A DNA stretch of 62,970 nt from positions 1 to 62,970 of the forward strand of contig CAVZJB010000015.1 in assembly GCA_963775425.1 (NCBI GenBank), written 5' to 3'. Below the pieces are notes generated by a model. It searched no databases. It was not told the origin of the DNA and was given only the letters and a program-made list of their open reading frames with translations. The translations under genes were made by a program, and so were the position numbers. Source of the DNA: an uncultured delta proteobacterium. Its GTDB lineage: Bacteria; Myxococcota; UBA727; VGSZ01. The number at the start of each line of letters is the position of its first letter. Within the stretch, counting starts at the first letter, position 1. Positions 10,675-20,381 of this stretch are shown here, in pieces.

Positions 10675-11595
10675 ATGAGCGGCTTGCCGATCGTCGGACA
10701 ACCCACGGGCGCCGCCGCGCCGGGCGCGCGGCCCGCCTGGCTGCGCGTGCGCGCCCCCGGGAGCGGGCGCACCGCCGAGCTCCACCGCCTCCTCGCCGAG
10801 CACCGGCTGCACACCGTCTGCAGCTCCGCAGCCTGCCCCAACATCGGTGACTGCTGGGCCGCCGGCACCGCCACGTTCATGATCCTCGGCAACGAGTGCA
10901 CGCGCGCCTGCCGCTTCTGCGACGTGAAGACCGCGCGCGATCCCATGCCCGTGGACCTCGACGAGGCCGCGCGCCTCGCCGACGCCGTCGAGCTCATGGG
11001 CCTCCGTCACGTCGTCATCACCTCTGTCGCCCGCGACGACCTCGCCGACGGCGGCGCGCGCCAGTTCGCCCGTTGCCTGCGCGCCGTGCGCGCGCGCGTG
11101 CCCGCGGCCACCCTCGAGGTCCTCGTGCCGGACTTCCAGGGCAACGTCGACTCCATCCGCACCGTCCTCGACGAGGAGCCCGCCGTCTTCAACCACAACC
11201 TCGAGACCTGCGAGCGCCTCACGCCCCGGATCCGCTCCGGCGCCGTGTACCGCCGCTCCCTCGACGTGCTCGCCCGGGCCAAAGCGCTTCGGCCCGCCGT
11301 GCGCACCAAGACCGGGCTGATGCTCGGGCTCGGCGAGACCGTCGACGAGGTCAAAGAGAGCATCGCCGACGCCCGCGCCGCCGCCGTCGACATCCTCACC
11401 CTCGGTCAGTACCTGCGGCCGTCGTCGTGGAACCACGAGGTGGTCCGCTACGCCACGCCGGAGGAGTTCGCGGCGCTCGGCGAATTCGCCCGCGGCCTGG
11501 GCTTCGCGCACGTCGAGAGCGGCCCGCTCGTCCGCTCCAGCTATCACGCCGAGGTGGGCGCCCGCGCTCCCGCCGCCGGCGGCGCCGCGGAGTGA
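10675..11595 (+). CDS. lipA: Lipoyl synthase
   Basis: CSSAACPNIGDC and CTRACRFC clusters, FNHNLET, LGQYLRP, PLVRSSYHA. Confidence 0.97.
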   Translation: MSGLPIVGQPTGAAAPGARPAWLRVRAPGSGRTAELHRLLAEHRLHTVCSSAACPNIGDCWAAGTATFMILGNECTRACRFCDVKTARDPMPVDLDEAARLADAVELMGLRHVVITSVARDDLADGGARQFARCLRAVRARVPAATLEVLVPDFQGNVDSIRTVLDEEPAVFNHNLETCERLTPRIRSGAVYRRSLDVLARAKALRPAVRTKTGLMLGLGETVDEVKESIADARAAAVDILTLGQYLRPSSWNHEVVRYATPEEFAALGEFARGLGFAHVESGPLVRSSYHAEVGARAPAAGGAAE

Positions 11596-11602
11596 CCTCG
11601 TC

Positions 11603-13429
11603 GTGATCCGGCAGAGCGCCACCCTCGAGGACGTCGCACGGCAGACGGCGGTGATCGTCGGGTCCGCGCCCGACGACGTCGTGGAGCTCTTCCCCCACGG
11701 GACGGTGCGCAGCTTTCGCGCCGGCGCCGTCGTCGTGCGCATCGACGAGGACCCCGCGGGCAACGCGCTCGACGTCGAGGCCCGCGTGCTGGACGCGCTC
11801 GCCACCGCCGTCGTGCCGTCGCTGGCGCCGCCGGTGCTCGCGCGTGGGCGCGTGAAGGTCGACGACGGCGACCGCTCCTACATCGCCTACCCGTGGGTCG
11901 CGGGGCGCACGCTCGAGCGCGCCTCCGCCGCCGCCCGCGCCCGCGACGTCGGCGGCGCCTTCGCGCGGCTGCACGCCGCGCGCATCATGGACCTCTTCGG
12001 CCGGCTGCCGCGCGAGCGCTCGCTCACGCTCCTCGAGTCGTTCCGCCGCGCGGTCGAGGAGCTCAAGGGGTGGATGGCGGCGCGTGAGCTCGACGGGCTC
12101 GGCCAGGACCTCCTCACGCTCGCGCTCTCCGATCTGCAGCGGTCGCTGAGGCCGTTCTGCATCGCGCAGGACCACCTGTTCCTCACCGCGCGCCGCCGCG
12201 TGCTCTGCCACGGCAGGGCCACGCCCTCGTTCATCGTCGTGCGCGCAGACGCGCCGCCGGTGCCGGCGCCGCTGTGCTTCGTCGGGCTCGACGCCGCCTG
12301 CCTCGGCGACGCCGCGGAGGACCTCGCCGGCTTCGCCCTCGCCGCCGGCCTCGACGAGGCGGCCGAGGACGCGATGCTGCGCGCGTACGTCGAGGGGCTC
12401 GAGCGCGAGGGGCGGCTCGATCGGCGCTTCATCCCCCGCTACTTCGCGCGCCGCACGTTGGGCTTGTTCGCGCAGCCCGTCTCGCGGCTCGACGCCATCG
12501 CGCGCATGAAGCGCGGGGAGATCCCGGTGCTCGGCGACCCCGTCGTCGCCATCGAAGAGCAGTGCCGCCTCGCGTACGACGAGCTCGCGCGCGCCATGAA
12601 CGGCTTGCGCGAGCTCGGCGGGCGCGCGCGCCCCGTGGGCGTCCCCGAGGTGATGGCCATGGGCCGCCTGCTCGCGGTGGAGGAGCTGATCCTCGCCGAC
12701 CGCGTCTTCCGCATCGCCGTCACCGGCCAGCCCTACGTGGGAAAGACCGAGGTGGCCGCGCGCCTCGCCAAGCGCCTCGGCCACGCCTTCTACGGCACGG
12801 CGGCGCTGTCGCGCGCGCTCGCGCTCGTCGAGCGCGAGCTGCTCGGCACCACCGCGCCGCCGCAGTCGGCGCCGGCGCAGCAGTCGGGCGAAGGCGTCAC
12901 GTCGCGCGCGCTGGTGGAGGCGCTGTTCGCGCGCGGCTTCCGCCTCGAGCCGCTCACCGATCCGCCGTTTTACAAGGCGCACCTCGACGGCCGCGAGGTC
13001 ACCGAGGAGCTGCGCGAGGGAGGCCCGCTGCACGTGCGCGGCGCCCAGCTCCTCGACGACGAGGCCATGATCGCCGCGCTGCGCGACGAGCTCGGCAAGC
13101 GCGCCGCCACGGAGGGCGTGGTCGTCGAAGGCGCGTACGCGCCCGCCCTCGTCACCGGGCGCGCCCACGTCTTCTTCCTCTCCGCCGACGCCGGCGTGCG
13201 CCGCGCGCGCCTGTGCTCGCACCGGCCGGACATCGAGAGCGAAGAGGAGGCCGCCAAGCTGCTGGCGCGCCTCGACGAGACGCTGCCGCCGGTGGCCGCC
13301 GCGGTGGAGCCCACGCGCGTCGACGTCGGCAGCCGCACGGCGGCCGCCGCCACGCTCGAGATCCTCTGGCACCTCCTGCCCGCGGGGCGCCGGCCGCAGG
13401 AAGACCTCTCGGGGAGGGCGCCCTTGTGA
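11603..13429 (+). CDS. Fusion of APH/choline-kinase-like domain and cytidylate-kinase-like P-loop domain (both degenerate)
   Basis: FARLH, VLCHG, GDAAEDLA in the N-half; IAVTGQPYVGKT..AARLAKRLG, VVVEG, FFLSADAGVRRAR in the C-half. Confidence 0.7.
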   Translation: MIRQSATLEDVARQTAVIVGSAPDDVVELFPHGTVRSFRAGAVVVRIDEDPAGNALDVEARVLDALATAVVPSLAPPVLARGRVKVDDGDRSYIAYPWVAGRTLERASAAARARDVGGAFARLHAARIMDLFGRLPRERSLTLLESFRRAVEELKGWMAARELDGLGQDLLTLALSDLQRSLRPFCIAQDHLFLTARRRVLCHGRATPSFIVVRADAPPVPAPLCFVGLDAACLGDAAEDLAGFALAAGLDEAAEDAMLRAYVEGLEREGRLDRRFIPRYFARRTLGLFAQPVSRLDAIARMKRGEIPVLGDPVVAIEEQCRLAYDELARAMNGLRELGGRARPVGVPEVMAMGRLLAVEELILADRVFRIAVTGQPYVGKTEVAARLAKRLGHAFYGTAALSRALALVERELLGTTAPPQSAPAQQSGEGVTSRALVEALFARGFRLEPLTDPPFYKAHLDGREVTEELREGGPLHVRGAQLLDDEAMIAALRDELGKRAATEGVVVEGAYAPALVTGRAHVFFLSADAGVRRARLCSHRPDIESEEEAAKLLARLDETLPPVAAAVEPTRVDVGSRTAAAATLEILWHLLPAGRRPQEDLSGRAPL

Positions 13430-13968
13430 CGCGCACGGTGCCCGAGCCTGCGTTCGACGCGGACGACGCGCCGCTCGTCGACGGCGAGGCGGTGTCGGTG
13501 CCGCTGCCGGCGGGCACGCCGATGACGCTGCGCTTCCCGTCGCCCTTCGAGCCATACCTCACGCTCGGCGGCGCGCGCGTCCTCGACGACGCCGGCGGCG
13601 ACGCGCGCGAGCTGCTGCTGTGGTGCTCGCGGCGGCTCCCCGCCCTGTGGCGCGCGCTCGACGAGCGAACCGGGCTGCGCGCGGTGTTCGTGGCCGGGCC
13701 CGCGGAGTCGCAGATCGTCGTCACCGACCTTGTGTCGCTGCCCCGCGACGACGATCCCCCCGAGTGGTTCGACCACGGCCTCCTGCGCGAGCGCCTCGAC
13801 GCGTCCAACGTCACGCTCGCGCGCTTCTCCTTGCTCGGCCCGCTGTCGACGCGGGCGGAGCTCGAGCGGCGCGTCCGCGCCACATACGCGCCGGGCACCC
13901 TCGTCGAGGTCCGCGTCGAGGAGGGCCGTCGCGTGGTGGGCCGCCGCTGCGTGCGCGTGGGCCGCTGA
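13426..13968 (+). CDS. Hypothetical protein, possible degenerate RNA-ligase (Rnl2-like) fold
   Basis: GTGA overlap with upstream gene; W....LPALWRAL..R, VVTDL, VEVRVEEGRRVVGR recall ligase segments; no KxDG. Confidence 0.5.
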   Translation: MTRTVPEPAFDADDAPLVDGEAVSVPLPAGTPMTLRFPSPFEPYLTLGGARVLDDAGGDARELLLWCSRRLPALWRALDERTGLRAVFVAGPAESQIVVTDLVSLPRDDDPPEWFDHGLLRERLDASNVTLARFSLLGPLSTRAELERRVRATYAPGTLVEVRVEEGRRVVGRRCVRVGR

Positions 13969-14024
13969 CGCGAGACGCCCGTTCGTTGCATGCGTGGCGA
14001 TCGGGGACGTGGTAGGAGTCGGCC

Positions 14025-14276
14025 GTGCGCACGCCCGTCACCGCCCTTGTCCTGCTGGCGCTCGTCTCCCTCCTCCCCGCTTGCCGCGGCCGCTTCGCCG
14101 CGGACAGCCCGCCACCGGCGGCCACAGCCGGGGACCCCGGCGAGGGCGAGGGGGACGCGAGCGAAGGCGAAGGCGAAGGCGAAGGCGAAGGCGAAGGCGA
14201 AGGCGAGCCGCCGGCGGACCCCGGCTGCTCCATCCACATCGAGGTCGTTCAACAAGGCCAGTGCCCGGCGCCTTGA
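14025..14276 (+). CDS. Small (GE)n lipoprotein
   Basis: AGGAG RBS; leader with LPAC; GE tract at 14139-14207; two C-terminal Cys. Confidence 0.7.
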   Translation: MRTPVTALVLLALVSLLPACRGRFAADSPPPAATAGDPGEGEGDASEGEGEGEGEGEGEGEPPADPGCSIHIEVVQQGQCPAP

Positions 14277-14313
14277 GCGGGAGCGCGCGCACGGCGGCAC
14301 CCCGCCCTGACGC

Positions 14314-15774
14314 TCACGGGGTCAGGCGTGTGACGACGCGGCCGGCGCGGATGACGGCGGCGATACGCGTGGTGGCGTCGATGTCGGCGACCGGGTCGCC
14401 GTCGACGAGGACGAGGTCCGCGCTCTCGCCGGGCGCGATGGAGCCGAAGGAAGGCGCGTCGAGGAACAGGTGCGCCGCGCCCGCGGTGGCCTCGTAGAGC
14501 ACCTCGGACGCGGGGATGCCGGCGCGCACCAGCCACGCGAGCTCCTCGTGCAGCGGGCCGCCGGCGGCGACGCCGAGGAAGACGCCGTCGGAGCCGGGCA
14601 CCACCTCGACGCCGGCGTCGTGCAGCGTGCGCACGTTGTCGCCCCAGGCGGCCTCGTCGCGCGCGGCCTCGCCGGCGATCTTCAAGAGGGCGGGCGGCAG
14701 GTCGCGCGCGGCGTCGCCGAGGAACGGCGCGAGCGCCTCGGGCGGCGCGCTCTCCTCGTCGAGGCGCGTCTCCTTCAAGCGCGCGTGCGCGACGTCGGCC
14801 ACGTGGTGGAAGCTCGCCAGCGTGGCGATGACCTTCACCTTGCGCCGCGCGAGCTCCGCCGCCTGATCGGGAGTGATGCGCCCGCGGTAGACGGCGTGCG
14901 CGAGGACGTCGGCGCCGGCGCGCGCGGCGGCGATCGCGTCGGCGGCGCTGCCGATGTGGACGAGCACCTTCTTGCCGTGGGCGTGCGCCGCGTTCACGAG
15001 CGCGGCCAGCGTGGCGGCGTCGAGCTCGGGCGATCCGGCGGGCAGCGCGTCGCGCATGAGCTTCACGTAGTCGCCGTGGTGCCGGAGCTGCGCGTCGACG
15101 AGGCCGGCGGCGTCGCCGGGGCCGCGCGCCTGCGGCACGATGAAGCCCGCGAGCGCGGACGCGGGCCACGGCGCCACCGCGCGGATGAGCGGCAGCGGGT
15201 GCCCGCCGACGGCGGTGATGGGATAGCCCGTGTGGAAGATGCGCGGGCCGGGGACCGCACCGGTGACGACGGCGCCGCGGAGCGCGTCGAGCTTCTTGCC
15301 GTCGCCGCCGAGGTCGTAGACCGTGGTGACGCCCGCGTAGAGCCAGGCCTCGAGGTTGTGCTCCGGCGGCACGCGCACGTCGCGCGTGGGCAGCGCGCCG
15401 CTGCTCTCGATGTGCACGTGCGCGTCGACGAGGCCGGGCAGGAGGGTCTTGCCCCTGCCGTCGATGACGACGGCGCCCTTCGGCAGGAGCGCGCCCGTGG
15501 GCTCCACGCTCGCGACCTTTCCGTCGCGAACGACGACATCGAAGTCCACGAGCCGGTCGCCGTGCGCGCGCTCGAGCGCCGGGAATACGGTGCAGTCGCG
15601 GATGACGATGACGCCCGGCGGCCCCGCCTCGTCGATCTTGACGAGCGGCCGCAGCGTCGCCGACGGCGTACACCCGGCGACGAGGGCGGCGACGAGGGCC
15701 GCGAGGGCGCACCCCACGAGCCGAGGAGCGCGCCCCACGACGCCGGCGCGCCGGCTCAGGGAGCCGTGGTCCAC
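14314..15774 (-). CDS. Amidohydrolase-family lipoprotein (start uncertain)
   Basis: LVAGC lipobox; IDGRGKTLLPGLVDAHVH, YVKL, GSD, G.IAPG..ADLVLVDGDP. Confidence 0.9.
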   Translation of the reverse strand: MDHGSLSRRAGVVGRAPRLVGCALAALVAALVAGCTPSATLRPLVKIDEAGPPGVIVIRDCTVFPALERAHGDRLVDFDVVVRDGKVASVEPTGALLPKGAVVIDGRGKTLLPGLVDAHVHIESSGALPTRDVRVPPEHNLEAWLYAGVTTVYDLGGDGKKLDALRGAVVTGAVPGPRIFHTGYPITAVGGHPLPLIRAVAPWPASALAGFIVPQARGPGDAAGLVDAQLRHHGDYVKLMRDALPAGSPELDAATLAALVNAAHAHGKKVLVHIGSAADAIAAARAGADVLAHAVYRGRITPDQAAELARRKVKVIATLASFHHVADVAHARLKETRLDEESAPPEALAPFLGDAARDLPPALLKIAGEAARDEAAWGDNVRTLHDAGVEVVPGSDGVFLGVAAGGPLHEELAWLVRAGIPASEVLYEATAGAAHLFLDAPSFGSIAPGESADLVLVDGDPVADIDATTRIAAVIRAGRVVTRLTP

Positions 15775-17078
15775 GTCTCGAGGGTCTTCTTCACGTCGGC
15801 CATGAACAGGTCGGCCGTGGCCCCGTCGATGAGGCGGTGGTCGAAGCCGAGCGAGACGACGCTCATGTTGCGGATGCCGATCGCGTCGGTGCCGTCGACG
15901 TCGATGACCACCGGCTGCTTCTGGATGCGCCCCATGCCGAGGACGGCGACGTTGGGCTGGTTGATGACGGGGGTGCCGATGATGGCGCCGAAGTTGCCCG
16001 GGTTGGTGACGGTGAAGGTGGACCCCGACAGCTCGTCGGGCTTGATCTTCCGGGTGCGCACGCGGGTGGCGAGGTCGGTGATGCCGTGCGCGAGCCCGCG
16101 CAGGTTCATCTGATCGGCGTGCTTGATGACCGGCACCATCAAGCCGGGCTCCGGGTCGTCGATGGAGACGGCCATGCCGAGGTGCACGTCCTTTTTGAAG
16201 ACGATGTCGGTGCCGCGGATCTCGGCGTTCACGTAGCTGTGCCGCTTCAGGCACTGCGCCACCGCCGCCGCCATGAAGACGGTGTACGTGAGGCTCACGC
16301 CCTCTTCGGCCTTGAAGCGGTCCTTGTGCGCGCGGCGGATCTTGTCGACGTTGGTCCAGTCCACGTCGAAGAACGTGTGCACGTGGGCCGACGTGTGCTT
16401 GGACGCCACCATGTTTTGCATGATGACCTTGCGCATCGACGACGCCGGCTTCACCAGCTCGCGCTCGCCTGTCGGGATGTTGACGGAAGGCGCCCGCGCC
16501 GGCGCCGGCGCCTCCGCCCGCGCCGCCGGGGCCTGGACGCGGCCCGCGCGCTTGTCCTCGACGTACGCCAGCAGGTCCTTCTTGGTGACGCGCCCGTTCT
16601 GGCCGGTGCCCGGCAGGCCGTCGAGCTCGGCGTCGCTCACCTGGTTGTCGCTCGCGATGCGACGCACGAGCGGGGAGACGAAGCGCCCCGCCGCCGTCGA
16701 CGGCGCGACGCGCGGCGCCATGGCGGGCGCAGGCGCAGGCGCAGGCGCGGCCGCCGCAGGAGCGGCCGCCACGGGAGCGGGAGCCGAAGCCGGGGTGGCG
16801 GGCGTCGAGCGGCCGCCGCCGTTTCCGGGGACGCCCTCGCCCTTGCTGCCCACGTATCCAAGGACGGTGCCGACGTTGACGGTCTTTCCCTCGTCGACGT
16901 CGACGGACAGGAGCACCCCCGTGGTCGGCGCCGGGATCTCCGCCTCCACCTTGTCGGTGGAGATGATCAGCAGATCCTCGTCCTTCTTGACGTCGTCACC
17001 CGGCTTCTTCAGCCAGCGGACGATGGTCCCTTCGGCGATGCTCTCTCCAAGCTGCGGCATCACGATCTTGTCGGCCAT
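15756..17078 (-). CDS. Dihydrolipoamide acyltransferase (E2) of a 2-oxoacid dehydrogenase
   Basis: Lipoyl domain (STDKV), Ala/Pro linker, SPLVRRIA...GTG.NGRVTKKD binding domain, FDHRLIDG. Confidence 0.96.
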   Translation of the reverse strand: MADKIVMPQLGESIAEGTIVRWLKKPGDDVKKDEDLLIISTDKVEAEIPAPTTGVLLSVDVDEGKTVNVGTVLGYVGSKGEGVPGNGGGRSTPATPASAPAPVAAAPAAAAPAPAPAPAMAPRVAPSTAAGRFVSPLVRRIASDNQVSDAELDGLPGTGQNGRVTKKDLLAYVEDKRAGRVQAPAARAEAPAPARAPSVNIPTGERELVKPASSMRKVIMQNMVASKHTSAHVHTFFDVDWTNVDKIRRAHKDRFKAEEGVSLTYTVFMAAAVAQCLKRHSYVNAEIRGTDIVFKKDVHLGMAVSIDDPEPGLMVPVIKHADQMNLRGLAHGITDLATRVRTRKIKPDELSGSTFTVTNPGNFGAIIGTPVINQPNVAVLGMGRIQKQPVVIDVDGTDAIGIRNMSVVSLGFDHRLIDGATADLFMADVKKTLETWTTAP

Positions 17079-17154
17079 GACGGGTGCTCCTCCGCGCGGG
17101 GCCGAATCGCATGAAGCGCTCGAGGTCGCAAGGAATGTGATAGACCCGGGGCTT

Positions 17155-17742
17155 GTGAACGCCGCCGCATTCGCAAAAAAGATGCTGTCCATCGGCGCCT
17201 GCAAGGAGGGCCGCGACTGGATCGAGGCGGGCCACCACGCCGACTACCGGGCGACGTGGAAGGTGTGCCCGGTGCCCGAGTTCCTGTGCTGGCTCACCAC
17301 GCGGACCATGGGCCTCGAGGGCGTCCGCGCGTGCGTCGCGTGCGCCAGGGCGGCGTCCCAGGCGGTCGACGACAAGCTCGTCAAGGCGACCGTGGCCCTG
17401 TGCGAGCAGGTGCTCGACAACAAGAGCAACGACGTCAAGCAGCTCCAGGTGCTCGCCTACGACGCCACCGAGTCCGCGCTCTCGCGCCGGCAGGCGAGCG
17501 GCTCGGCGCTCCTCGCGGCCGCCTACGCCGCGTACGCCGTCCACCACGCCATCCTCGCGCAGCAGGACACGGACAAAGCCGCCAGCCTGAAGCACCTGCT
17601 GAAGGCGGCGCAGCACGCCTCCGACGCCGCCAGCCACGCCCAGCGGGTCACGCCCAAAAAGCCGCTCGCGGCCGTGGTGCGCGCCACGGTCCCCGAGGAC
17701 GTCGCCTACCGCGCGTGGGTGGCCGCTACCAGCGGCGGTTGA
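17155..17742 (+). CDS. Hypothetical alpha-helical protein
   Basis: Host-like codon pattern; ACKEGRDW...WKVCPVPEFLCWL; overlaps the lipB stop region by 17 bp; start could be 17137. Confidence 0.7.
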   Translation: MNAAAFAKKMLSIGACKEGRDWIEAGHHADYRATWKVCPVPEFLCWLTTRTMGLEGVRACVACARAASQAVDDKLVKATVALCEQVLDNKSNDVKQLQVLAYDATESALSRRQASGSALLAAAYAAYAVHHAILAQQDTDKAASLKHLLKAAQHASDAASHAQRVTPKKPLAAVVRATVPEDVAYRAWVAATSGG

Positions 17743-18412
17743 TCTCCGCGATGACCGCGGCCTTGACGTCGTCCATGGCCGGGGTCCGCCCGAGCACGCG
17801 CTCGAGGCTGGTGACGCCGCGCCCGATGAGGCCGCACGCCGTGATGTGCCGGGTGTAGCGCTCGAGGTCGGTGTTCACGTTGAGGGCGAAGCCGTGGCGG
17901 GTGACGCCGCGGCCGACGCCGACGCCGATGGCGACGAGCTTGTGCTCCTCGCGCGTGATCTGGCGGAAGTTGCAGCCGAGCGTCTCGTCGTCGACGACGG
18001 GGCCGTCGCACCACACGCCCGTCAGGCCGTCGACGCGGTGGGGGCCGGCGACGCCGAGGCCGGCGCAGGCGTCGATGAGGGCCTGCTCGAGGGCGCGCAG
18101 GTAGCCGATGAGGTCGCCGTGCGTGCCGGGGGCGCACAGGCGCAGCACGGGATAGCCGACGAGCTGCCCGGGGCCGTGGAAGGTGACGTCGCCGCCGCGG
18201 TCGGTCTCGACGACGTCGATCCCCTCGGCGGCGAGCTTGTCGGCGGGGGTGTGCACGAACGCGGTGCCGCCGGAGCGCGTGGTGGTGATGACGGGCGTGT
18301 GCTCCTGCAGGAGCAACACGGGGCCGTCGTCGTCGACGCGCTCCATGGCCGCGCGCATGGCGTTCATGCCGTGTGCGTAGGGGACGTCGCGGCCGAGATC
18401 GACGACGCGCAT
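17726..18412 (-). CDS. lipB: Octanoyltransferase
   Basis: EH.PV.T, TDRGGDVTFHGPGQLVGYP, KLVAIG, HGFALNV, I.ACG. Confidence 0.96.
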   Translation of the reverse strand: MRVVDLGRDVPYAHGMNAMRAAMERVDDDGPVLLLQEHTPVITTTRSGGTAFVHTPADKLAAEGIDVVETDRGGDVTFHGPGQLVGYPVLRLCAPGTHGDLIGYLRALEQALIDACAGLGVAGPHRVDGLTGVWCDGPVVDDETLGCNFRQITREEHKLVAIGVGVGRGVTRHGFALNVNTDLERYTRHITACGLIGRGVTSLERVLGRTPAMDDVKAAVIAEINRRW

Positions 18413-18500
18413 ACGGGTCCTTGTAGCCACTCGCGCCGGCCCCACAAAGAGCCGGTGTGGCGCGGCGGCTCGTGCGCCGCCGGTCACGCCACGGCAGCCT

Positions 18501-20285
18501 TCACCCGTGGATGGCGCGGCCCGCGGCCATGGCGGCGGCCTCGTAGATGGCCTCGTAGAGCGTGGGGTGCGCGTGCACCGTCGTCGCCACGTCCTGCACC
18601 GTGGTCTCCATGGCGATCGCGAACGCGGGCTCCGCGAGGAGGTCGGTGGCCTGCGGGCCGACGATGTGCACGCCGAGGATCTCGCCGTACTTGGCGTCGA
18701 CGACGAACTTCACGAAGCCGCGCTTCTTGCCGAGGATGGCGGCCTTGGCGTTCTTGGCGAAGTCGAACTTGCCGATCTTGACGTCGACGTTGCGCTTGCG
18801 CGCCTCCTCCTCGGTGAGGCCGCTCCAGGCGAGCGGCGGCTCCGAGTAGACGCACGACGGCGTGTGCTCGTAGTTGAGCGGGGCCGGCGTCTTCGCGTAC
18901 TTGCCGAGGCGGTTGGCGATGGTCTCGACCGCGATGATGCCCTCGGCGCTCGCGACGTGCGCGAGCCACGGCGTGTTCACGCAGTCGCCGATGGAGAACA
19001 CGCCGGGCTCGGCGCTCTCCATGTACGGGTCCACCTCGATGAAGCCGCCGCGGTCGAGCTTGGCGCGCGTGCTCTCGACCCCGATCTCGCGGGTGAGCGG
19101 CGCGCGGCCGACGGCCACGAGGAGCTTCTCGCACTCGACCACGGCCTTGTTGCCGCCGTCGTCGTAGCTCACCGCCACGCCGCCGCCGCCGGTGGACGGC
19201 TTGAGCTCGACGCCGGTGACCTTGACGTTCACCTTGATGTCGCAGCCCTCGCGCTCGAGCTCGCGGTGGAGCTCCTTGGACGCTTCGGCGTCGGCGGGCG
19301 CGACGATGCGCGGGAGCATCTCGAGCACCGTGACCTTGCTGCCGAGCCGCGCGAACAGCGACGCGAACTCGATGCCGATGACGCCGCCGCCGATGATGGC
19401 GAGGGAGCCGGGGATCTTGTCGTAGGCGCCGGTCATGTGATCGGACGAGACGATGCGCTCACCGTCGAACCTGGCGAACGGCAGATCGCGCGGCTTGCTG
19501 CCGACGGCGACGACGACGTTCCTCGTGGTGAGCACCTTCTCGCCGCCGTCGGTGAGCTTGACGACGACCTTGCGCGGGCCGTCGAGGCGGCCGAAGCCCT
19601 TCACGACGTCGACCTTGCGCGACTTCATCAGGTGCTCGACGCCGCCGGCGTTGGCCGACACCACCTGCGCCTTGTGCTTCTGCACGGCGGGCCAGTCGAC
19701 CTTCACGCCCTCGACGGTGACGCCCATCTTGGCGCCGTCCTTGATCTCGCCGACGAGGTCGGCCGCGTGCAGCAGCGCCTTGGTCGGGATGCAGCCGCGG
19801 TGCAGGCAGGTGCCCCCGAGCTTGGGGTCGCGCTCGACGACGGCGGTCTTGAGCCCGAGCGCGCCGGCGCGCGCGGCGGCCACGTAGCCGCCGGGGCCGG
19901 AGCCGATGATGACGACGTCGTACTCCTCGTTGCCGCCGCTCCACGAGGCCGGGGCGGGCTTGGGGCTCGCCCCGCCGCCGCCCGCGGGCGCGGCCTTCGC
20001 GGGCGCGGGCGCGGGCGCGGCCGCCGCGGGCGCGGCGACGCTCTCACCGGCGGCGCCGACGTAGCCGAGGACGGTGCCGACGGCGACGGTGGTGCCCTCG
20101 CCGACGTCGGCGGAGAGCAGCACGCCGGTGGAGGGCGCGGGGATCTCAGCCTCGACCTTGTCCGTGGAGATGACGAGGAGGTTCTCGTCCTTCTTCACGC
20201 TCTCACCGGGCTTCTTCAGCCACTTGACGATGGTTCCTTCGGCGATGGACTCGCCGAGTTGCGGCATCACGACTTTGTCGGCCAT
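18501..20285 (-). CDS. lpdA: Dihydrolipoyl dehydrogenase (E3) with N-terminal lipoyl domain
   Basis: STDKV lipoyl domain; IGSGPGGY, GGTCLHRGCIPTK, IIGGGVIG, HAHPTLYE. Confidence 0.97.
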   Translation of the reverse strand: MADKVVMPQLGESIAEGTIVKWLKKPGESVKKDENLLVISTDKVEAEIPAPSTGVLLSADVGEGTTVAVGTVLGYVGAAGESVAAPAAAAPAPAPAKAAPAGGGGASPKPAPASWSGGNEEYDVVIIGSGPGGYVAAARAGALGLKTAVVERDPKLGGTCLHRGCIPTKALLHAADLVGEIKDGAKMGVTVEGVKVDWPAVQKHKAQVVSANAGGVEHLMKSRKVDVVKGFGRLDGPRKVVVKLTDGGEKVLTTRNVVVAVGSKPRDLPFARFDGERIVSSDHMTGAYDKIPGSLAIIGGGVIGIEFASLFARLGSKVTVLEMLPRIVAPADAEASKELHRELEREGCDIKVNVKVTGVELKPSTGGGGVAVSYDDGGNKAVVECEKLLVAVGRAPLTREIGVESTRAKLDRGGFIEVDPYMESAEPGVFSIGDCVNTPWLAHVASAEGIIAVETIANRLGKYAKTPAPLNYEHTPSCVYSEPPLAWSGLTEEEARKRNVDVKIGKFDFAKNAKAAILGKKRGFVKFVVDAKYGEILGVHIVGPQATDLLAEPAFAIAMETTVQDVATTVHAHPTLYEAIYEAAAMAAGRAIHG

Positions 20286-20381
20286 GGCTTCTCCTCGTCA
20301 AACTCACGTACCGGTCGGATGGATGCCCGGCGACGCCCGCCGCGCTCCTCGCTGACCGACAAAATGAAGCGGGGCCGAGCC

